DNA of 64,000 nt from Neocallimastix sp. 'constans' (Eukaryota): positions 310,001-374,000 of the forward strand of contig JBODTK010000012.1 of NCBI GenBank assembly GCA_050613775.1. The letters run 5' to 3'. The notes under the pieces were generated by a model that ran no database searches, was not told the origin of the DNA, and saw nothing but the letters and a program-made list of their open reading frames with translations. Each line of letters opens with the position of its first letter. Position 1 is the stretch's first letter. The translations under genes and the position numbers were made by a program. Below are positions 57,169-64,000 of the stretch, in pieces.

Positions 57169-60100
57169 TTACTGATAGGCACTCATTCCAAGACATTCTT
57201 CCATGGTAACTGAAGTGTATCCACTATTTAATAAAGTATCAATTTCAGCTTTAGCTAAGGCTAAAATACCATCAAGAGATGATCCTTCATATTTTAAGTG
57301 ATTTAATGTAATAATTGGATTACCAATGGTTTGTTTAATCGCACTAACAGCATAATCAATATCTCCTCCATTACTGTAATCCATTGGATCAACATTCCAT
57401 GTGATAGCTGCAGTATAGCCAAGACCTTGAAGAGCACTCATAACAGTTTGATTACCTCTACCAGATCCATATGGTGGACGCATGAAGGCTGGTTTCTTTC
57501 CAATAACCTTTTCAACAGCTTCGGTAATTTTATTCATTTCATCAATGATTTGATCATAACTTAATTGAGTTAAATCTTGATGAGAGAAAGTGTGAGTACC
57601 AACAATATGACCTTCACTATCCATTCTCTTAATAATTCTTGCCCATTCTGGATCAGTACTATCCATATAGAATTTACCAAGAACAAAGAAAGTAGCCTTA
57701 ACACCCTTTTCCTTTAAAAGATCTAAAATAGCATCAGCAAATTCAGTTGGACCATCATCATAAGTCATAGCCCAATTCTTTGGATTAACACATTGAGTAT
57801 AGAATTGGAATCCTGAACCCTTTGGATATTGAGATTGAGCTGGAGCTTGAGCTTGAGCTGGTTGTTGAGCTTGAATTGGTTCTTGAGCTTGAACTGGTTC
57901 TTGAGCTGGAGCTTGTTCTTGAGCTGGTGCTGGAGCAGCAGCTGGAGCTTGAGCTTGAGAATTACCAATATAAACTTTAGCATATGGGAAATCAGCGGTA
58001 CCACTAGTACCTCCATTGTTACTACCTGCTTCTCCTAAAACTTTAGCTTCATGCATAACTCCAAGTTTCATTCCAAGTTTTTCCCATTGATCAAAGTGGG
58101 CTGAAATATCAATGGTACCACAATCACGAGCTTCTTTACGAATACTGAAATATTGAGTGAAAGTAGTATCTCCATCAATAGAAGGTCCAGTACGAGTGTT
58201 TTTGTAAACAGTGTATTCAGCACCATCAATAACATGATCACCAAGATTAGTATCACCAACCCATTCACCTGGACGATATTGACTGAGCCAGTTATCAACA
58301 ATATAATATTCAACAAGTGGTTGTCTAGTCCAACCATAAACACCAACAAATGAGTAATCAACATTGGCAATATTTTGTTTAACAAGTTTAAAATCAGCAT
58401 ACATATGACCAATTTGTTGATGAGATTGAGTAGAATCGAAAGAAAGACCAGCACGACATAAATAATCACCAGCATTCTTGAAAGAACAAGAGAAAGAACC
58501 ATCAGAATAGAAAGTGGCACTATTTTCACCACTATCAGCCCAGAGTTCATAACCTACATTACCAATGGTACTTACAGTATTACTGTAATTAGTAACACTT
58601 TCACCAGAATGACTAGCTGAACTACAGAAATCAGAGCCTGCAGCAGCAGCAACTGGAGCTGGAGCTGGGGCTTGTTGTTGAGCTGGAGCTTGAACTTGAA
58701 CTGGTTCTTGAGCTTGAACTGGTTCTTGAGCTGGAGCTTGTTCTTGAGCTGGTGCTGGAGCAGCAGCTGGAGCTTGAGCTTGAGAATTACCAATATAAAC
58801 TTTAGCATATGGGAAATCAGCGGTACCACTAGTACCTCCATTGTTACTACCTGCTTCTCCTAAAACTTTAGCTTCATGCATAACTCCAAGTTTCATTCCA
58901 AGTTTTTCCCATTGATCAAAGTGTGCTGAAATATCAATGGTACCACAATCACGAGCTTCTTTACGAATACTGAAATATTGAGTGAAAGTAGTATCTCCAT
59001 CAATAGAAGGTCCAGTACGAGTGTTTTTATAAACAGTGTATTCAGCACCATCAATAACATGATCACCAAGATTAGTATCACCAACCCATTCACCTGGACG
59101 ATATTGACTGAGCCAGTTATCAACAATATAATATTCAACAAGTGGTTGTCTAGTCCAACCATAAACACCAACAAATGAGTAATCAACATTGGCAATATTT
59201 TGTTTAACAAGTTTGAAGTCAGCATACATATGACCAATTTGTTTATGAGATTGAGTAGAATCGAAAGAAAGACCAGCACGACATAAATAATCACCAGCAT
59301 TCTTGAAAGAACAAGAGAAAGAACCATCGGAATAGAAAGTGGCACTATTTTCACCACTATCAGCCCAGAGTTCATAACCTACATTTCCAATAGTGCTTAC
59401 AATATTACTGTAATTAGTAACACTTTCACCAGAGTGACTAGCTGAACTACAGAAATCAGATCCAGCAGAAGCGGCAACTGGAGCTGGAGCTGGAGCTTGA
59501 GCTTGAACTGGTTCTTGAGATTGAACTGGTTCTTGAGCTGGGGCTTGTTCTTGAGCTGGTGCTGGAGCAGCAGCTGGAGCTTGAGCTTGAGAATTACCAA
59601 TATAAACTTTAGCATATGGGAAATCAGCGGTACCACTAGTACCTCCATTGTTACTACCTGCTTCTCCTAAAACTTTAGCTTCATGCATAACTCCAAGTTT
59701 CATTCCAAGTTTTTCCCATTGATCAAAGTGGGCTGAAATATCAATGGTACCACAATCACGAGCTTCTTTACGAATACTGAAATATTGAGTGAAAGTAGTA
59801 TCTCCATCAATAGAAGGTCCAGTACGAGTGTTTTTATAAACAGTGTATTCAGCACCATCAATAACATGATCACCAAGATTAGTATCACCAACCCATTCAC
59901 CTGGACGATATTGACTGAGCCAGTTATCAACAATATAATATTCAACAAGTGGTTGTCTGGTCCAACCATAAACACCAACAAATGAGTAATCAACATTGGC
60001 AATATTTTGTTTAACAAGTTTAAAATCAGCATACATATGACCAATTTGTTGATGAGATTGAGTAGAATCGAAAGAAAGACCAGCACGACATAAATAATCA

Positions 60101-60330
60101 CCAGCATTCTTGAAAGAACAAGAGAAAGAACCATCGGAATAGAAAGTGGCACTATTTTCACCACTATCAGCCCAGAGTTCATAACCTACATTTCCAATAG
60201 TGCTTACAGTATTACTGTAATTGGTTACACTTTCACCAGAGTGAGAAGCTGAACTACAAAAACTTTGAGCACTGACAAGACCAGCTGCAGCAATAGATAA
60301 TATACATTGAATAGTATTAAAAGATTTCAT
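57169..60330 (-). CDS. Secreted multimodular endo-1,4-beta-xylanase (3 x GH11) fused to a CE4/NodB polysaccharide deacetylase (putative acetylxylan esterase)
   Basis: Signal peptide, then three near-identical GH11 modules (YGWTRQPLVEYYIVD, PSIDGDTTFTQYFSIR, AKVLGEAG) separated by A/P/Q linkers. CE4 motifs: TYDDGP, HTFSH, RPPYG, DPMDY, LNH. Confidence 0.96.
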   Translation of the reverse strand: MKSFNTIQCILSIAAAGLVSAQSFCSSASHSGESVTNYSNTVSTIGNVGYELWADSGENSATFYSDGSFSCSFKNAGDYLCRAGLSFDSTQSHQQIGHMYADFKLVKQNIANVDYSFVGVYGWTRQPLVEYYIVDNWLSQYRPGEWVGDTNLGDHVIDGAEYTVYKNTRTGPSIDGDTTFTQYFSIRKEARDCGTIDISAHFDQWEKLGMKLGVMHEAKVLGEAGSNNGGTSGTADFPYAKVYIGNSQAQAPAAAPAPAQEQAPAQEPVQSQEPVQAQAPAPAPVAASAGSDFCSSASHSGESVTNYSNIVSTIGNVGYELWADSGENSATFYSDGSFSCSFKNAGDYLCRAGLSFDSTQSHKQIGHMYADFKLVKQNIANVDYSFVGVYGWTRQPLVEYYIVDNWLSQYRPGEWVGDTNLGDHVIDGAEYTVYKNTRTGPSIDGDTTFTQYFSIRKEARDCGTIDISAHFDQWEKLGMKLGVMHEAKVLGEAGSNNGGTSGTADFPYAKVYIGNSQAQAPAAAPAPAQEQAPAQEPVQAQEPVQVQAPAQQQAPAPAPVAAAAGSDFCSSASHSGESVTNYSNTVSTIGNVGYELWADSGENSATFYSDGSFSCSFKNAGDYLCRAGLSFDSTQSHQQIGHMYADFKLVKQNIANVDYSFVGVYGWTRQPLVEYYIVDNWLSQYRPGEWVGDTNLGDHVIDGAEYTVYKNTRTGPSIDGDTTFTQYFSIRKEARDCGTIDISAHFDQWEKLGMKLGVMHEAKVLGEAGSNNGGTSGTADFPYAKVYIGNSQAQAPAAAPAPAQEQAPAQEPVQAQEPIQAQQPAQAQAPAQSQYPKGSGFQFYTQCVNPKNWAMTYDDGPTEFADAILDLLKEKGVKATFFVLGKFYMDSTDPEWARIIKRMDSEGHIVGTHTFSHQDLTQLSYDQIIDEMNKITEAVEKVIGKKPAFMRPPYGSGRGNQTVMSALQGLGYTAAITWNVDPMDYSNGGDIDYAVSAIKQTIGNPIITLNHLKYEGSSLDGILALAKAEIDTLLNSGYTSVTMEECLGMSAYQ

Positions 60331-60770
60331 TTTGTATTACCACAAATTATTTACAAATAGAATTAAAATTAAATTTACAATAAAAAGTATTTATATATAT
60401 TATATATAAATATTTGTAAAATAAAAATTTTTTGCTTTCTACTAATTATTATATTATGTAAAAAATTTATTCAACCAGTGAAAAATTATTGAAATATTTT
60501 ATAATTTTTATAAATATTTATATATAATAGTTAATTGTAATTCGAAGTAAAGATTAACAAAAAAAGTGAAATTTTACTTCTTTTATATGTTAAAAAAAAA
60601 ACTCACAATACTTAAATATTAAAAGCTTTTTGTTTTGGTTTTATTAAAATTTCAATTATTAATTATTAATATAACGGTTAATTCAATATTTTATATAAAA
60701 TAAAGTTTTAGATACTAATAAACTTTTTAATAAAGATTTTAGTATTTACTGGTTTTACATTTATATATTT

Positions 60771-61226
60771 GCCATGTTGGTCCAGTCGGTTAGGACGATA
60801 CAGGTCACTGTAGAGGGCGGGGTTCGAATCCTCGGCATGGCACCAAATAATCGGATGAGGTTTCTATCCTGGGATATCATGAGACCACACGTGATGTCCA
60901 TAAGGCTTTCCCTCAGATGATTATTTCACCCAACCCTGATACTACGCTTTGAATTGAAGCATAGACCTTGATGATTGTAAAATTTCCAATCGCCAATGAT
61001 TACACCCACTAGGGAGGAGTTAATGGTTCCGTTCTGATGCTCGTGGTCATTAGAGATATATGTAGGAACGTTAGGAATGCATCTCCGGGCAGTGTGTAAC
61101 GACGATTGAGAGCGGCGAAGCTGATACAGTATGCCAATAACTCATCACCTTACAGTTAATTAATAACTGTATGGCCAAATGGGAGATGGGTACCCATATG
61201 TGCAAGTCTATGTTTTTTTTTTTTTT
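60771..61226 (+). mobile_element. tRNA-derived SINE-like element, copy 2
   Basis: Head 60771-60845 has a GCCATG/CATGGC stem, A box TGGTCCAGTCGG, B box GGTTCGAATCC and terminal ACCA. T14 tail at 61213-61226. 18-bp TSD TTTTACATTTATATATTT at 60753-60770 and 61223-61240. Confidence 0.92.
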
Positions 61227-61627
61227 ACATTTATATATTTAATTTTAATTTTTTATTTATTATTATATTTTTTTTGTTTAAATCAATATAAATAATATAT
61301 TACAATAAATATTACAATTATATATAATTATATACAAAATTTTTAATGTAAAAATAGAATTTGTATCAAATTATTTATTTTATTTATTTTATTATATATA
61401 TATATATATTTTTTTTTTTTTGATACTTTTAAAAAAATAGTTAAATATTTTATTTATTATTTAATTTATAAATTTTGGTATAATAGCTTTAAAATATATT
61501 ATCAAATTTTAATATAAAACATTAAAAGTGAGGGAATTTTTAATTATATATTTTATTTTGAAATTAAAATCTTTTTTAAAATAATTTTATTAAGAATTTT
61601 AAATATTTTAATTTAATGAACATAATA

Positions 61628-61668
<41 letters not shown>

Positions 61669-62258
61669 TGTTAATTATTATATGACTAGAAAGTTCCCTA
61701 CGATATTTTTTATTGTCTATTAATATAAATATTAATATATACACACTTTTTCTATATAATATTTACTAAAATAAATGGACTTCTTTTCTATAATTTTTTA
61801 AATATTTTTAAATGTTTAAATAAATCAAATCTTTTCTATAATTTTTTAAATATTTTTAAATGTTTAAATAAATAAAATAATTATAAATACTAGAATGAAT
61901 ATTCTTAAATTTTAATATATATATTAATAAAAAAAATTTTTTTTTTGGTATACTTTTAATTTATATAATTTATATTAATAATTATTTGGAACAAACTATA
62001 TTAATTATGTGTAATAATAATGATATTAATAATGATATTAATTTTTATATTAATTTTTTTTTATTTATAAATATTATTATTATTATCCCACAACAAATAA
62101 ATGAATAAATAATATAAAAATAAATAAATAATATAATCATTAATTAAGTGTAAGAATATTAAAATTATATTTTTTTTCATTTTAAATTTATTAATGACAA
62201 AAAATTTATTAATTGGTAAAATAATTTATACAATTTTTATTGGTATAAATAAATTAAA

Positions 62259-62289
<31 letters not shown>

Positions 62290-62955
62290 TAAATAAAAAT
62301 AAGTAATGTAATCTTAATTGGAAAAATAAATAAAAAAATATAAATATATAAATAAATTTAAATAAAAATTATTTGTTTTATCTCATTATAATAAAATATT
62401 AAATCATTTTATGTTGAAATGATTATCATAATTAGGAACTAAATAATTATTGTAATATTTATATATTTAAATAATTTTATTTTAATATACTTCATTATTG
62501 TAATATTTATATATTAAAATAATTTTATTTTAATATACTATAAGTTTAGAGCAAAATATGACTTTTCTTTCTCTAATTTGAAGTACTATTGAATAATTAT
62601 CTTAATTCATAATTGAATGTAGAAATAAACATTTTGGAGATAATAATTAATTTATTTTTTCTTGGAATTTTTTTAATATTATGTTTATAAATTTAATATA
62701 AATCAAAATTTATATTTCGTAATGTCAACATTCTTATTTTGAGGTAATTTTTTCAAAAACAAATTTTTTTTTTTTTTTTGGTTGAAAAAAAAAGTATAAT
62801 ATTAATTTGTATATATATAATGTTAATCTATAGATTTATGTATGTATGGATAATATGGATAACTTTTACTAAAAAAAAAATATTATAAATATAAATATTT
62901 ATAACATATTTACTCATATATTATCTATATGCTAATAAAATAAATATCTAAATAT

Positions 62956-63000
<45 letters not shown>

Positions 63001-63295
63001 TAATGTATTTATTAATGACAGTTTAAAATTTTAATCTGTCAATAATCGATACAATATCTTTTTTTTTTTTTTTACAATATATAATGTTTTATTTAATTTA
63101 ATTTTGAAAAACTATTGTATATTATACATATATATATTAATTGTAATATTAATAATGAAATTAATAATGTATATATATATATTTTTTTTAAAAAAGAATA
63201 ATAAATAAAATCTTAAATAAATATTTATAATATAATATAATTAATATATATTACCTAAATTAGTTCTAATCTAACCGAATGAAATTTTATGATAT

Positions 63296-63333
<38 letters not shown>

Positions 63334-64000
63334 AAATAGGTTTTTAATATTTCATTAGAAAGAAATTTTATAATTTATTTATGTATTTTTTTTTTTAACT
63401 TTATTCCGTTTAATTAACATTAATTTTTATATTAAAATATAAAACAAGTAAAAGGGAAAAAGAAAAGAAACAAAAAACTAAAATTTAAAGAATAATTGTA
63501 ATGAAGTACTTATATTTTTATATATAAATAATTTTAATTATGATATCAATTAATTATCTGAAATCTTTATTATAAAAAATACAAGAGAATTATATAAAAT
63601 ATAATAATAAACAATGAATATTATATATAATGTCTATTTTTTTATTAATTTATTTTATATAAACATAAATTAATTGTTATATAATTTATATGTACATATA
63701 TTAATAATTTATATTTTATTTTCTCTTTAAAAACTTTTTATTCATTATTTTAATATTACATTTTTCTATTATATTTAATATTATTTTCGTATACTTTTTA
63801 TACTAAATATTTTCAATAGTCAATTAGTATTATAAGAATATTTTTATATATTAATTTAAAAGGGTATACCTATTAAGAAAAAAAAAAAACATTTCATTAT
63901 ATGAAAATAATTAATATTTTAATTTCATAAACTTTGTTTAATATATAAAAAAAAAGTTATTTTCAAATAACAGCCGCAAAAAAAAAAAAAAAAAAAAAAA

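Noticed and set aside
57331..60182. Overlapping alternative-frame ORFs within the xylanase
   Set aside because: They are by-products of biased codon usage and the triplicated domain.

Overview
Extremely AT-rich eukaryotic DNA, most likely from an anaerobic gut fungus (Neocallimastigomycota). This is inferred from the composition, the spliceosomal introns and a GH11 protein resembling Neocallimastix/Piromyces XynA. Intact genes: a partial repeat-containing ORF at the left edge, an orphan 7-TM protein, four near-identical tandem intronless sugar-porter (MFS) genes, a 4-exon Csm3/Swi3/Tipin gene, and a secreted 3xGH11 xylanase-CE4 esterase fusion. Features the ORF track misses: (i) two nearly identical copies of a ~440-bp tRNA-headed SINE-like element with an encoded CCA, a poly(T) tail and target-site duplications; (ii) an inverted fifth transporter copy eroded mainly by slippage expansions; (iii) several Ty3/gypsy relics, one with two LTRs and a PPT; (iv) a 5'-truncated LINE; (v) reiterated motifs and a probable conversion tract in the transporter spacers; (vi) a diverged ~1.2-1.9 kb repeat array with MCB/SCB-like CG motifs upstream of the first gene. 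All alignments were done by eye.
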